The translations under genes and the position numbers were made by a program. This document shows positions 36,502-46,485 of a stretch of DNA of 64,000 nucleotides, one piece after another. The stretch is from NCBI GenBank assembly GCA_036845225.1, contig DAIUEJ010000005.1, positions 10,808-74,807 on the forward strand, given 5' to 3'. How positions within the stretch are numbered: position 1 is the stretch's first letter; each line of letters begins with the position of its first letter. The notes below the pieces were generated by a model that made no database searches, was not told where the DNA came from, and saw only the letters and a list, made by a program, of their open reading frames with translations. This DNA is from Candidatus Anoxymicrobiaceae bacterium. GTDB lineage: Bacteria > Actinomycetota > Geothermincolia > Fen-727 > Anoxymicrobiaceae.

Positions 36502-37839
36502 CTACAGGATCGGCAGGTAGTTATTCAGCTCGTACTCGGTCACCACAGCTCTGTACTTCTCCCACTCGACCTTCTTGTCGGTGATGAGCGAATGGAAGAC
36601 GTGCTCGCCCAGGGACTCCTTCAGCAGCTCGCTGTTCTCGGCGAGCTTGATGGCCTCCCAGAGGTCTTCGGGGAGGCTCTTGATGCCCAGGGACTCGCGC
36701 TCCTCTTCCGGCATCTCGTAGATGTTTCGCTCGATCGGGGCCTCCAGGTCCAGGTCGTCCTCGATCCCTTTCAGGCCGGCGGCCAGCATGACCGAGAAGG
36801 CGAGGTACGGGTTGCATGCCGGGTCGGGCGAGCGGAGCTCGATCCGGGTCGAGTTCTCCTTGCCGGGCTTGTAGGTCGGCACCCTGATGAGGTCGGACCG
36901 GTTGCGCTGCGCCCAGGAAAGGTATACCGGCGCCTCGTAGCCGGGCACCAGCCGCTTGTAGGAGTTCACGAACTGGTTCGTGACCAGGCAGAACTCCTGG
37001 GCGTACTTGAGCAGCCCCGCGATGAAGGCCTTGGCCTCATGTGTGAGGTAGTACTGGTCTTTCGGGTCGAAGAACGCGTTCCTGTCACCTTTGAACAGGG
37101 ACATATGCGTGTGCATCCCGCTTCCGTTCTCATCGGACAGGGGCTTGGGCATGAACGTCGCGTGGACGCCCTGCTTGATCGCAACTTCTTTGACGACGAG
37201 CCTGTAGGTCATGGCATTGTCGGCCATCTGGAGCGCGTCAGTGTAGCGCAGGTCGATCTCGTGCTGGCTCGGCCCGACCTCGTGGTGCGAGTACTCGACG
37301 CCGATGCCCATCTCCTCGAGGGTGAGGACGGTCTCGCGCCTGAGGTCGCTCGCCACGTCAAGCGGAGTGAGGTCGAAATAGCCGCCCCGGTCCAGTGTCA
37401 CCGGCGGGGGCTCGGAGTCCGCGAAGTAGTAGTACTCGAGCTCCGGTCCGACGTAGAAGGTGTATCCGAGCTCCTGCGCCTTCTTCAGGTTGCGCCGCAG
37501 CACGAAGCGCGGGTCGCCCTGGTGGGGGCTCCTGTCAGGCTCGAGGATGTCGCAGAACATCCTCGCAACCGCGCTGTGGCCGCTAGGGCGCCAGGGCAGC
37601 AGGGCGAACGTCGACGGGTCAGGCTGGGCGATCATGTCGCTCTCGTCGATCCTGGCGAAGCCCTGGATGCTCGAGCCGTCGAAGCCCATGCCGTTTTCCA
37701 GTGCCTCCTCGAGCTCTTCCCTGGTTATGGCGAAGCTCTTCAGGAAGCCGAGGATGTCCGTGAACCACAGCCGTATGAACTTCACGTCGTGCTCGCGCAC
37801 CGCTTCCAGAACGTAGTCGTTGTCCGGGCCTGATACCAT
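36502..37839 (-). CDS. glnA: Glutamine synthetase type I
   Basis: 445 aa; GS beta-grasp and catalytic domains (FDGSSI; KPLSDENGSGMHTHMSLF). Confidence 0.9.
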   Translation of the reverse strand: MVSGPDNDYVLEAVREHDVKFIRLWFTDILGFLKSFAITREELEEALENGMGFDGSSIQGFARIDESDMIAQPDPSTFALLPWRPSGHSAVARMFCDILEPDRSPHQGDPRFVLRRNLKKAQELGYTFYVGPELEYYYFADSEPPPVTLDRGGYFDLTPLDVASDLRRETVLTLEEMGIGVEYSHHEVGPSQHEIDLRYTDALQMADNAMTYRLVVKEVAIKQGVHATFMPKPLSDENGSGMHTHMSLFKGDRNAFFDPKDQYYLTHEAKAFIAGLLKYAQEFCLVTNQFVNSYKRLVPGYEAPVYLSWAQRNRSDLIRVPTYKPGKENSTRIELRSPDPACNPYLAFSVMLAAGLKGIEDDLDLEAPIERNIYEMPEEERESLGIKSLPEDLWEAIKLAENSELLKESLGEHVFHSLITDKKVEWEKYRAVVTEYELNNYLPIL

Positions 37840-37882
37840 AGTTCCTCCTTATCAGCGTTGCCTTTCCACGCAATTGTAGAGA

Positions 37883-37917
37883 GGCGATGTTTCCAAAATG
37901 TTTCATAGCCGTGAAAT
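37883..37917 (-). promoter_or_regulatory. Putative nitrogen-regulator operator upstream of glnA (TTCAC-n6-GAAAC-n6-GAAACATCGCC)
   Basis: Minus strand reads aTTTCACggctatGAAACattttgGAAACATCGCC; it shares the GAAAC-n6-GAAACATCGCC core with the amtB upstream site. Confidence 0.45.
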
Positions 37918-37981
37918 AGTTGTAAATCAGCCGGACGGGAGCGGACCCGGCTCGAGGAACAATGGCCGGGGTCCCTCGCCG

Positions 37982-38653
37982 CTACTTGCCGGTGAACCGG
38001 TAGCCTACTCCGTGGACCGTCTCTATGTACTGGCGAGAGGTCTCGATCTTCGCCCGCAGGCGCCGGATGTGGACGTCCACCGTCCTCGTCCCGCCAAAGT
38101 AGTCGTATCCCCAGATGCTCTTCAGCAGTTCTTCCCTGGTGTACGCGCGGCCCGGGGTCGCCGCCAGCATCTTGAGGAGTTCGTACTCCTTGTACGTCAG
38201 GTCCAGCGGCTTGCCGGCGAGCACGACCTGGTGCGCGTCCATGTTGATGACCAGGTCGTCAAAGGCCATCACGTTGCCTTCCCTGCCTCTCCTGATGCCC
38301 ATGATCCGCACCCGTGATACGACCTCCAGTGCCGTTCCGGGGCTGACCACGAAATCATCGAAGTATTTGAGCGTCTCAATTTCGGAGAGGAGCCCGGCAT
38401 CCCTCAGTGCGGCCATCAGTGGGATCCTGGAAGCCCAACCGCCGACCTTCTGCATGGCGTTCCTGGCGGCGCGGGCCTGGTGAACGTGCGGGCTCACGAT
38501 GAGGACCGCGGCGAAGCTGTCGTCCAGCACCGTCTCCAGGTCATCTGATTTTTCAAAGCCCAGGACGGTGAGCCCGAGGTCCCTCAGCCCCTCCTCGAGG
38601 GACGCGGAGTAATCGGACCCGTCGCCGCAGAAGGCTATGCTCTCGTCGTTCAC
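37982..38653 (-). CDS. OmpR-family winged-helix response regulator with atypical receiver domain (GlnR-like candidate nitrogen regulator)
   Basis: C-terminal trans_reg_C (LTYKEYELLKMLAATPGRAYTREELLKSIWGYDYFGGTRTVDVHIRRLRAKI...GVGYRF). The N-terminal receiver lacks an obvious cognate kinase nearby. It is adjacent to glnA. Confidence 0.6.
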   Translation of the reverse strand: MNDESIAFCGDGSDYSASLEEGLRDLGLTVLGFEKSDDLETVLDDSFAAVLIVSPHVHQARAARNAMQKVGGWASRIPLMAALRDAGLLSEIETLKYFDDFVVSPGTALEVVSRVRIMGIRRGREGNVMAFDDLVINMDAHQVVLAGKPLDLTYKEYELLKMLAATPGRAYTREELLKSIWGYDYFGGTRTVDVHIRRLRAKIETSRQYIETVHGVGYRFTGK

Positions 38654-38708
38654 GGCAAATCCCTTGTCACGGTAATGATGATACAGGACAGTCGATTGCG
38701 ATGCAGGG

Positions 38709-40049
38709 TCAATGCAGCCTTCTCATGACCGCCATGAACATCCCGTCGCAGCGGTCCGTATCAGGGAACAACTGCAGGTGGGGCATCACTTCGCAGCCCC
38801 TGAGCGTGGCGGGCTCCGCCCCGAACCCCGGAACATTCTCCATGAACGCCGCCACGACGCCCGCGTTCTCCCGGTGAGAGATGGTGCAGGTCGAATAGAC
38901 CAGCAGACCGTGGGGGGCGACCACCTTCGCCGCTTCCGCCAGCAACTGCGATTGAAGCTCAACGAGCCTGTCAACGTCTTCGGGCTTCTTGCGCCACCGC
39001 GCGTCCGGCCTCCTCGCAAGAGTCCCGAGCCCTGTGCACGGCGCGTCCAGCAGGACCCGTTCAAAAGACGCGTCCAACCATGCGCTGGCCCTCCTGGCGT
39101 CCATCTCCATTGTGCTGACTATGGTGTTGCCAAGCCTCTCGGCGGCCTCCGACACCAGTGCCAGCCGGGCCGGGTTCGCGTCGACGGCCACCACGGAGCC
39201 GACATTTCCCATCAGTTCCGCCAGGTGGTTCGCCTTGCCCCCCGGGGCCGCGCAGAGGTCCAGGACTTTCATCCCCGGATCGGGGCCGACCTGGTGCGCC
39301 ACCAGTTGAGAACCCTCATCCTGCACGGCGAAAAGCCCACCCCTGAACTCCTCCAGGTCGCCGACCGGCCCGGTCCCCTTGACCTTGAGGCACTCCGGCG
39401 TGATCTCGCCCGCCGAGACGTCGATGCCCTTGGAGGCGAGCGACGCCGCCAGATCGTCCCTGCTCACCCGCGGCAGGTTGGCTCGAAGAGACAGCAGGGG
39501 TTCGACGTTGTCGGCCTCGCAGATCGCCTCGGCTTTCTCGAAGGAGAGCTCACGTATCCACATCTCGACGACCCACCTGGGATGTGAATATCGCGTCTCG
39601 AGGTATCCGGCCGGGTCTTCTTCCCTATCGGGGAAGGCTATCTTCTCGTAGCTCCGCGAGAATGCCCGCATCACCGCGTTGACGAAGCCCACCGCGTGTT
39701 GCCCCACAACCTCCGCGGTCGCCGTGGCGGCCATGTCCACCGCGGCGTAGCCGGGGACCGACATGAACATCAACTGGAATGCCGAGAGCCTCAACGCCCA
39801 GATCACGCCGGGGTCGAGCGACTCAAGAGGACGGTTGGAAAACTGTTTGAGCACCCAGTCGAGCGTGAGCTTCATGCGGACGGTGCCCTGGACCAGGCCC
39901 GTCACCAGGGCCTTGTCGCGGCGGTCCAGTCCCGACCCTTCGAGCGCCGATGACAGCAGCGAGCCGACGAACACGTCCCGCTGCTGGTAGTCCAGCAATA
40001 TCCGCAGGGCCAGGATGCGGGACGGGGCTCCGCCGGTGTCCGTTTCCAC
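38709..40049 (-). CDS. rsmB: 16S rRNA (cytosine967-C5)-methyltransferase (NusB-like N-domain plus Rossmann MTase)
   Basis: LDLCAAPGGKANHL AdoMet motif; 446 aa. Confidence 0.85.
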   Translation of the reverse strand: METDTGGAPSRILALRILLDYQQRDVFVGSLLSSALEGSGLDRRDKALVTGLVQGTVRMKLTLDWVLKQFSNRPLESLDPGVIWALRLSAFQLMFMSVPGYAAVDMAATATAEVVGQHAVGFVNAVMRAFSRSYEKIAFPDREEDPAGYLETRYSHPRWVVEMWIRELSFEKAEAICEADNVEPLLSLRANLPRVSRDDLAASLASKGIDVSAGEITPECLKVKGTGPVGDLEEFRGGLFAVQDEGSQLVAHQVGPDPGMKVLDLCAAPGGKANHLAELMGNVGSVVAVDANPARLALVSEAAERLGNTIVSTMEMDARRASAWLDASFERVLLDAPCTGLGTLARRPDARWRKKPEDVDRLVELQSQLLAEAAKVVAPHGLLVYSTCTISHRENAGVVAAFMENVPGFGAEPATLRGCEVMPHLQLFPDTDRCDGMFMAVMRRLH

Positions 40050-40053
40050 GCCG

Positions 40054-40998
40054 CTAATCCTCCACGCCGCTGTCGAAGCTCTCGGCGATCAAGAGGCGCT
40101 GGCCGCGCGAGAACTCGGGAGCCCCCATCCTGTTCTTGCCCTCAGGCTGCAACGTCACGATCTGGATGCCAGTCGAGCCGGTGTTGACAAGGAAGCCTTC
40201 CTTGCCCAGATTCATGATGGTCCCGGGCTCGTCTTCCGGGGGCACCTCGGTCACGTGCGCCGCCCATATCTTCACCCGCTTTCCTCTGAACCAGGTGTAG
40301 GCGCCGGGCGAGGGGTTCATCGCCCGCACCAGACGATCGATGGACTCCGCCGGCCGGTCCCAGTCGATCTCGGCGTCGGGCGCCTTCAGCGGTGGGGCGT
40401 AGGTCGCCTTGTCTTCTTCCTGCGCCACAGGGGACGCGGCGCCCGCTTCGATGTCATCCAGCGTAGCTGCCAGCACTCCTGCGCCTGCGTGTGAGAGCCT
40501 TGCGCCCAGGACCCCCGAGTTGTCGTCGTCGTAGATGGGCACTTCCTGGTGCTCGAGGATGTCCCCGGTGTCAAGCCGCTCGTTCATCATTATCGTAGTC
40601 ACACCGGTTATGCTTGCGCCGTTCATCAGCGCGCGCTCGATCGGCGCCGCGCCACGGTACCTGGGGAGGAGTGAGGGATGAAGGTTGATGAATCCGAGTG
40701 GTGGCACATCCAGCAGCCAGCGCGGGATGAGCCCGCCGAACGCGACCACGACCCCGGCGTCCCACTCGACGCCGTCGACGAAGCCGCCGAAGCACTGCCT
40801 GGAAAGGTTTTCGGGCTGCCAGACCTCGATGCCGAGCTCGCGTGCCTTTGTTACCGCCGGGGTGGGGACGGTGCGCAGGCCGCGTCCGGCGGGCCTGTCC
40901 GGGCGGCTCACCAGTGCGAGCACAGAGTGAGTGCTCGCCGCGAGCTTCTCGAGCGGCTCGATCGCGAAACTGTCGCTTGCGAAGAATAAGACCCTCAA
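40054..40998 (-). CDS. fmt: Methionyl-tRNA formyltransferase
   Basis: MRVLFFASDSFAIEPLEKL...RGAAPIERALMNG; 314 aa. Confidence 0.9.
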   Translation of the reverse strand: MRVLFFASDSFAIEPLEKLAASTHSVLALVSRPDRPAGRGLRTVPTPAVTKARELGIEVWQPENLSRQCFGGFVDGVEWDAGVVVAFGGLIPRWLLDVPPLGFINLHPSLLPRYRGAAPIERALMNGASITGVTTIMMNERLDTGDILEHQEVPIYDDDNSGVLGARLSHAGAGVLAATLDDIEAGAASPVAQEEDKATYAPPLKAPDAEIDWDRPAESIDRLVRAMNPSPGAYTWFRGKRVKIWAAHVTEVPPEDEPGTIMNLGKEGFLVNTGSTGIQIVTLQPEGKNRMGAPEFSRGQRLLIAESFDSGVED

Positions 40999-41013
40999 GC
41001 CTTCTCCGGGGGT

Positions 41014-41526
41014 TCAGGCGCCTGGCATCGCCCGTCGGATCTCGAGCTCCTGGTATTCCTCCAGGGCCCGCTTCCTCTCCTCACTGTCGCACCGGTCCAA
41101 TATCAGGACACCGTCAAGGTGGTCGCACTCGTGCTGCATGACCCTGGCGGGAAAACCTTCAGCTTCGATGAGGACATTGTGGCCGGAAGGCGTCACGCAC
41201 TTCGTGACCACCCTCGAGTGCCTCTCCACGTTCACGTAGATGCCGGGCAGGCTGAGGCAGCCTTCGTCGTTCTGCTCTTCACCCTCGGCCTCGACTATTT
41301 CCGGGTTCACCATACACCTTGGGCCGCAACCGAAGTCGTAGACGAACAGCCGCTTGAGGACTCCCACCTGCGGGGCGGCGAGCCCCACGCGCCCCGGCTC
41401 GGCCAAGAGCGTATCGGACATCTCCTTGATGAGGCTGCGAGCGTCGGAGTCTATCTCTGAGAGCTCACGGCTCCGCTCCCTGAGAACAGGGTCGCCCAGC
41501 TTCCTGATCTTCAGCGCCAAGTGCAA
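41014..41526 (-). CDS. def: Peptide deformylase
   Basis: GLAAPQVG, EGCLSLPG and HECDHLDG motifs. Confidence 0.9.
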   Translation of the reverse strand: MHLALKIRKLGDPVLRERSRELSEIDSDARSLIKEMSDTLLAEPGRVGLAAPQVGVLKRLFVYDFGCGPRCMVNPEIVEAEGEEQNDEGCLSLPGIYVNVERHSRVVTKCVTPSGHNVLIEAEGFPARVMQHECDHLDGVLILDRCDSEERKRALEEYQELEIRRAMPGA

Positions 41527-41532
41527 GTCCCC

Positions 41533-42732
41533 CTAGAGTCCCGCTTCCTGCCTGAGTACAGCAGCTTTATCCGTCCTCTCCCAGGTGAATCCTTCTTCGT
41601 CCCTGCCGAAATGACCGTACGCGGCGGTCGCCTTGTATATGGGGTTGAGCAGTTTGAGGTCACGGATAATGGCCGCCGGCCGCAGGTCGAAGACCTCTCG
41701 TATCAGTTCCTCTATCCGCTCGATCGGGACCTTCTCGGTACCGTAGCCCTCGCAGGAGATGGAGACCGGGTGCGCCTTGCCGATGACGTAGGCGAGCTGT
41801 ATCTCGAACCTGTCGGCGAGCCCCGCAGCCACCACATTCTTCGCGACGTAGCGGGCCGCGTAAGACGCGGAGCGGTCGACCTTCGATGGGTCCTTGCCGG
41901 AGAAGCACCCGCCGCCGTGGCGGGCCATGCCGCCGTAAGTGTCGACGATTATCTTCCGCCCCGTCAGGCCGGTGTCTCCCATCGGCCCGCCGGTGACGAA
42001 GGCTCCCGTCGGGTTCACCAGGAACTGCGGCTTCAGCGCCAGCCACTCCTCCGGGATCACCGGTTTGAGCACGTGCTCCTCCAGGTCCGGCTTCATGAGC
42101 CCCATGATATCTATGCCGTCGTTGTGCTGCGCCGAGATGACCACGGTGCGGATACCGATCGGCTTGTAGCCGTCATACTCGATGGTGACCTGGCTCTTGC
42201 CGTCCGGCCTCAGGTAAGGGATTATGCCAGCCTTGCGCACGTCGGCGAGGCGCCGCGCCAGCTTGTGCGCGAGCATTATCGGCATGGGCATGAGCTCCTC
42301 GGTCTCGTTGCACGCGAAGCCGAACATCATTCCCTGGTCGCCGGCCCCCTGCGCGTCGAGCTGCTCGTCGCTGGCTTTGCCCAATCGCAGTTCCAGGGAG
42401 GAGTCGACCCCTTGCTTGATGTCGGGAGACTGCTCGTCTATGGATATCATCACGCCGCAGGTCTCGAAGTCGAATCCCAACTCGGGCCTGGTGTATCCGA
42501 TGTCCCGCACGGTCTCCTTGATGACCTTGCGCATGTCCACATAGGCGTCTGTAGTGATCTCGCCGGACACAACGGTCAGTCCGGTCGTCACCAACGTCTC
42601 GCACGCCACGTGGGCGTTCGGGTCTGTCCCGATTATCTCGTCGAGGATCGAGTCGCTTATCATGTCCGCCACCTTATCGGGGTGTCCCTCCGTGACGGAT
42701 TCGGATGTAAAGAGCTTCATTTCCTGCGCCAT
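41533..42732 (-). CDS. metK: S-adenosylmethionine synthetase
   Basis: [27 protein letters not shown]...; start set at MAQEM rather than the upstream ORF extension. Confidence 0.9.
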   Translation of the reverse strand: MAQEMKLFTSESVTEGHPDKVADMISDSILDEIIGTDPNAHVACETLVTTGLTVVSGEITTDAYVDMRKVIKETVRDIGYTRPELGFDFETCGVMISIDEQSPDIKQGVDSSLELRLGKASDEQLDAQGAGDQGMMFGFACNETEELMPMPIMLAHKLARRLADVRKAGIIPYLRPDGKSQVTIEYDGYKPIGIRTVVISAQHNDGIDIMGLMKPDLEEHVLKPVIPEEWLALKPQFLVNPTGAFVTGGPMGDTGLTGRKIIVDTYGGMARHGGGCFSGKDPSKVDRSASYAARYVAKNVVAAGLADRFEIQLAYVIGKAHPVSISCEGYGTEKVPIERIEELIREVFDLRPAAIIRDLKLLNPIYKATAAYGHFGRDEEGFTWERTDKAAVLRQEAGL

Positions 42733-42973
42733 AATCTCCCTCCAGTAACAATAGAAGTCCGCGTGATGCGCCACGCCCGCGAAGCGCTCCCGAGCACAAC
42801 TTCGCCTCGGCGATGTAGCAATGCGTTGTGTCCCTTGTGTACTGTACCCCCTCCCAGGCCTGGAAGGAGGCACTTTAAACACGGGATTCCAACGCGGATA
42901 GGATATCACAAACGGGATCACGTCGCGGTTGAAGCCGTCGCTGTCCTGTCACGCGGGAGGCGGTCGGCTGCGC

Positions 42974-43657
42974 TCAGGACCCCGGCTGCGCCGTCGTCTT
43001 GGTGATGAAATCCCCGTTCATTCCGTCGACCAGGACATGGAGGACCTCGGAGCCCGGGGTCGGGACCCGGTAGGAGACGTCCCATATCCACTGGTACCTG
43101 GGTGCCGGCGTCTTCTCGCCGACGGCGTCATAGTCGGCCTTACAGCGCAGGACCGCATCGACCTTGGCGTCAGAGTGCGTATTCTGGTAGTCTCCCCCGC
43201 CGTTGCGGAAGGCTACTGTGTAAGCCTCGGGCGAGTCGACTCGGAAACTCTCCTTCGGCTTCTCTTTCTTGTAAGTCTCCTGGCCGGTGTCTCCACCCTT
43301 GGCTTCCCCGGGCGCGTTCGGCCAGACGTTGCCGCGGTTGTAGATGACGAACATCTGAGAGTCCGTTTCCGGTGTGGGAGAGTAGTATTAGACCTCCCAG
43401 ATCTTGGCCTTGCCGTCCCGCCCCAAGCCGTCCGGGTCTCCGCTGCGCACCTGGATCATCCAGTTGTCGGACTGCCACTTGTCAGCCGCCGGCTTGGTGA
43501 ACTGGGTGGCTTCGTACGCCGTGACCGACTCGGGCCGGCCCTCGGTCGGGTCCACCACGGCGTCGCTCTTCTTCCCACAACCCGGCAATACGACCGCCGC
43601 CGCGATGAGCGCCGCGCACGCTATAAACAGTACGATGATCGATCTGCTCTTCCGCAT
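42974..43657 (-). pseudogene. Secreted lipoprotein (signal peptide plus LPGC lipobox) interrupted by a single in-frame TAA at 43388-43390; the two ORFs 43388-43657 and 42974-43354 are in the same frame
   Basis: (43657-42974+1)=684 nt is a multiple of 3. Only one stop (TAA) separates ...AKIWEV* from ...YYSPTPETDSQMFVIYNRGN... Confidence 0.55.
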
Positions 43658-43832
43658 CGCTTCTCCTGGTGTTCACAAGGCTCCGGAACGCGCTGCCTGA
43701 TGGCTCACTGTGTATAACGGCCGGAAGGCTCTCCGGGAGCGCCAAAGTTTATCATACCTGAGAGTTTAGACTCTCCAAACCTACTACTGGTTCGTCCGGT
43801 CAGCCACGCTTTTTCTCAACTGCCCGCGCTCC

Positions 43833-44591
43833 TCACCTCCCGACCGCGAGCCTCGATGAAAGGAAAACCGGTAGCCCGACCTCCTCCATCTTCTTCTGCA
43901 CGCTCTGAACGTCATACTCTACCCGGTGGAAAGAGAGCGCGCCCTCTTCAGGCCTGAAGGTGACGTAGCACGCCCGCGGGTCGCCGTCGCGCGGCTGCCC
44001 GACGCTACCTGCGTTGATCAGATACCTGGTGCCTTCCTCCAGCTCGATCTGGAGGGCGTCGGACGGCATTGCGAACTCGAGCGCGTCGCGGTCGCCGGAC
44101 TCCTGCGCTTCCAGCGGCCAGCTGAAGACCGCGGGAGAGTGCGAGTGCCCGTGGAAGCAGAGGCGGTTCTCGAGTTTGAGGAAGCTGCGGTAAGCCTGTT
44201 CAGGGGAGAGGATGTACTCCCACACGGGGTCGCGCGGGCTCCCGTGGACCAGGAGGGCGGCGTCGTGGAGCAGGCTCCGGGCCGTCGCGAGCCCGGCGAT
44301 ACAGGCGGCTTCGAGCTCGCCAAGCACGCCGCGCGTCCACTCGTTGGCGAGGCGGGCGTCGGGGTTGAAGCGCTCCAGGGATATCGCGCCTATCGAGCCC
44401 AGGTCGTGGTTGCCGACCACGCAGGCCGCCTCCAGCCGCGAGACCAGTGAGATGCACTCGTTGGGGAAAGGCCCGTAGCCGACGGTGTCGCCGGCGCACC
44501 ACCATGCGTCCAGGTCACCGGCGTGCCTCAAGACGGCCTCGGCCGCCGGCAAATTGGCGTGGATGTCCGCGACGATCCCGATCTCGCTCAA
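43833..44591 (-). CDS. Metallophosphoesterase (calcineurin-like, YfcE/MJ0936-type)
   Basis: MSEIGIVADIHANL...GDTVGYGP...VVGNHD motifs. Confidence 0.8.
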   Translation of the reverse strand: MSEIGIVADIHANLPAAEAVLRHAGDLDAWWCAGDTVGYGPFPNECISLVSRLEAACVVGNHDLGSIGAISLERFNPDARLANEWTRGVLGELEAACIAGLATARSLLHDAALLVHGSPRDPVWEYILSPEQAYRSFLKLENRLCFHGHSHSPAVFSWPLEAQESGDRDALEFAMPSDALQIELEEGTRYLINAGSVGQPRDGDPRACYVTFRPEEGALSFHRVEYDVQSVQKKMEEVGLPVFLSSRLAVGR

Positions 44592-44639
44592 TGTGGCTCC
44601 TGCCCGAACGGCTCCGGCCCTTCGGCCGGTCGGCCAGGC

Positions 44640-44921
44640 TCAGGTGGCGATATGGCCGTGGAGGGCGATGATGTTGCTCCATGGGATGAAGTAGTGGTGC
44701 ATCCCCAGCTCTCCGCGGGCGGCGAGGGTGATGCCTTCGACTTTGACCGCCACGACCGCGTAGAACTTGACGTTGGGTATCTCGTGTCTGATGAATATCT
44801 CGAGCGCCTGGCACGCGGAGTCCCACCCGAACATCTGCCGGCACAGCTCCACGGGCAGGTGCTTGATGTCATCTCCCGGAGCCTGCACGTAACACGGCTC
44901 CCTCAAGCTTATGATCTGCAT
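44640..44921 (-). CDS. Hypothetical protein (93 aa)
   Basis: ORF with gene-like codon usage in an otherwise empty gap; no recognisable domain. Confidence 0.35.
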   Translation of the reverse strand: MQIISLREPCYVQAPGDDIKHLPVELCRQMFGWDSACQALEIFIRHEIPNVKFYAVVAVKVEGITLAARGELGMHHYFIPWSNIIALHGHIAT

Positions 44922-45074
44922 GGTTCATGCCTCCTTTTAAGCGTTATCGCGGTAAGGATAGACCACTACCCGAGTTGTTTCAAATGAGGAGCCGGGTGAC
45001 GCCGCCTGGCGGCTTTGTTGTAGAATACGGTAATTTTCAACGCTTGTTCAGGAACATCCCTTGGAGCGTAGTAT

Positions 45075-46451
45075 TTGAAGACATGTGAACTCTGCGGCAT
45101 CGAGAACCCGGATGAAGCCCGCTTCTGCATGAAGTGCGGGAAAGACCTCGACAAGGTCAAATCGTCCGACGTCCCTGAGGAGATGCTGTCCGGCTCCGAC
45201 ACGTTCACGCCAGTGGACGACGATGAATTCGCGCGCCTCGCCCCCACCCGCCGCATCACCAGGGAGCCGGTCGGCGACGTAGCTTCATACAAAGAGGCCG
45301 CTGCCGCCGCTGCGGCCGCGTGGGAAGCTGAAGAGGAGCAGGCAAATCTTCAGGAGCAGGCAGCGAGTCAGAAGCAGGCCGACACCGCTGCGCAGGCAGC
45401 GCCGGCTCCGCAGCCCGGCCAACCCCCCTCGTCCGTGCAACCGCAACAGCCGGCCGCGGAGGCTTCGGAGATCCATCAAACGGGGGTGACCGCGGACTTC
45501 AAGGACCAGAAGCAGTTCTGCCACCGTTGCGGGATGGCGAACCCCCGCGACCAGCGTTTCTGCAAAAACTGCGGGTCCGCCCTCGCGGGCGCTCCCGGAG
45601 GTATAGCCGACCAGACTTTTGACGCGGCGCTGACGATGTCGCTGCCTGGTGTGCCCGTCGAGACCACCATGCTGGCCGACGTCTCGCCCGCGAGCGTCTA
45701 CTCGACAGCGGACGCGGCCGTGGAGGGACGGGCGCGCGAGCGACGCGGCTCCGGGGGCCTCGCGGACTGGGACGCCCGCGAGTGGCTGGGGTTGATCGTC
45801 GCCACCCTGATCGCCGCCGTCGGCATCTGGTTCGCGTTCTTCGGTGGATACGCCCTTCTCTTCAACGCGGGCTCCAACAACATCCACAAGGCCGGCGCCA
45901 CCATGGAGAAGCTCACCAGTTTTGCTTTCGGCATCTCGGCGACCTTCGAGACCCAGCAGGGCAAGTCCCCTGGCGGCGGACACGTGATGTTCCTGTCCCC
46001 CGACAGGTCCGCCTGGGAGATCAGCCGCAGCGGGCCGGGGCCCGCGGCGATCCAGGGAACCGTTCAGGTGGCCGAGAAGACGTTCTCCGGCCCCGGAGGC
46101 GCCTGGCAGCCGGCGGACCCCGCGACGGCTACCGGCAATGTCCTGTTGATGTGGAAGAGCTTCAAGAACGTCGAGACTCTGCCGAACGCGCCAATGGGCG
46201 CGAGCCCGGTGTGCCTGCACTACAAGTACCGGATGGACCCCCGGCTGTTCATGACCGTCCTCGGGCTCGGGAACCAGGACGTGGTGAGCGACGCGGTCAT
46301 GGAGGTGTGGATCGACAAGACCTCGTTCCAGATCATCCGCGAGACCGCCCAGGTCTTCAACGCACAGGTGAACGGGGAGCGGACGAGCGTCGTCCTGGTG
46401 ATGGACCTGAACGAGACGGGGAAGCCGTACCAGATCAATCCGCCGATCTAG
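45075..46451 (+). CDS. Double zinc-ribbon membrane protein: N-terminal CxxC...CxxC pair, second zinc ribbon, Pro/Gln/Ala-rich linker, TM helix, C-terminal domain of unknown function
   Basis: CELCG...CMKCG and CHRCG...CKNCG; TM LGLIVATLIAAVGIWFAFFGGYALLF; TTG start. Confidence 0.55.
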   Translation: MKTCELCGIENPDEARFCMKCGKDLDKVKSSDVPEEMLSGSDTFTPVDDDEFARLAPTRRITREPVGDVASYKEAAAAAAAAWEAEEEQANLQEQAASQKQADTAAQAAPAPQPGQPPSSVQPQQPAAEASEIHQTGVTADFKDQKQFCHRCGMANPRDQRFCKNCGSALAGAPGGIADQTFDAALTMSLPGVPVETTMLADVSPASVYSTADAAVEGRARERRGSGGLADWDAREWLGLIVATLIAAVGIWFAFFGGYALLFNAGSNNIHKAGATMEKLTSFAFGISATFETQQGKSPGGGHVMFLSPDRSAWEISRSGPGPAAIQGTVQVAEKTFSGPGGAWQPADPATATGNVLLMWKSFKNVETLPNAPMGASPVCLHYKYRMDPRLFMTVLGLGNQDVVSDAVMEVWIDKTSFQIIRETAQVFNAQVNGERTSVVLVMDLNETGKPYQINPPI

Positions 46452-46485
46452 ACCCGGGGGCGCCGACCGCCCGGCCCAGGCGTCC

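Noticed and set aside
42733-42930. SAM riboswitch in the metK leader
   Set aside because: Could not match SAM-I/SAM-II/SAM-IV consensus cores by eye; only a generic hairpin (GGCGAAGUUGUGCUCGGGAGCGCUUCGC) is present. An Rfam scan would be needed.
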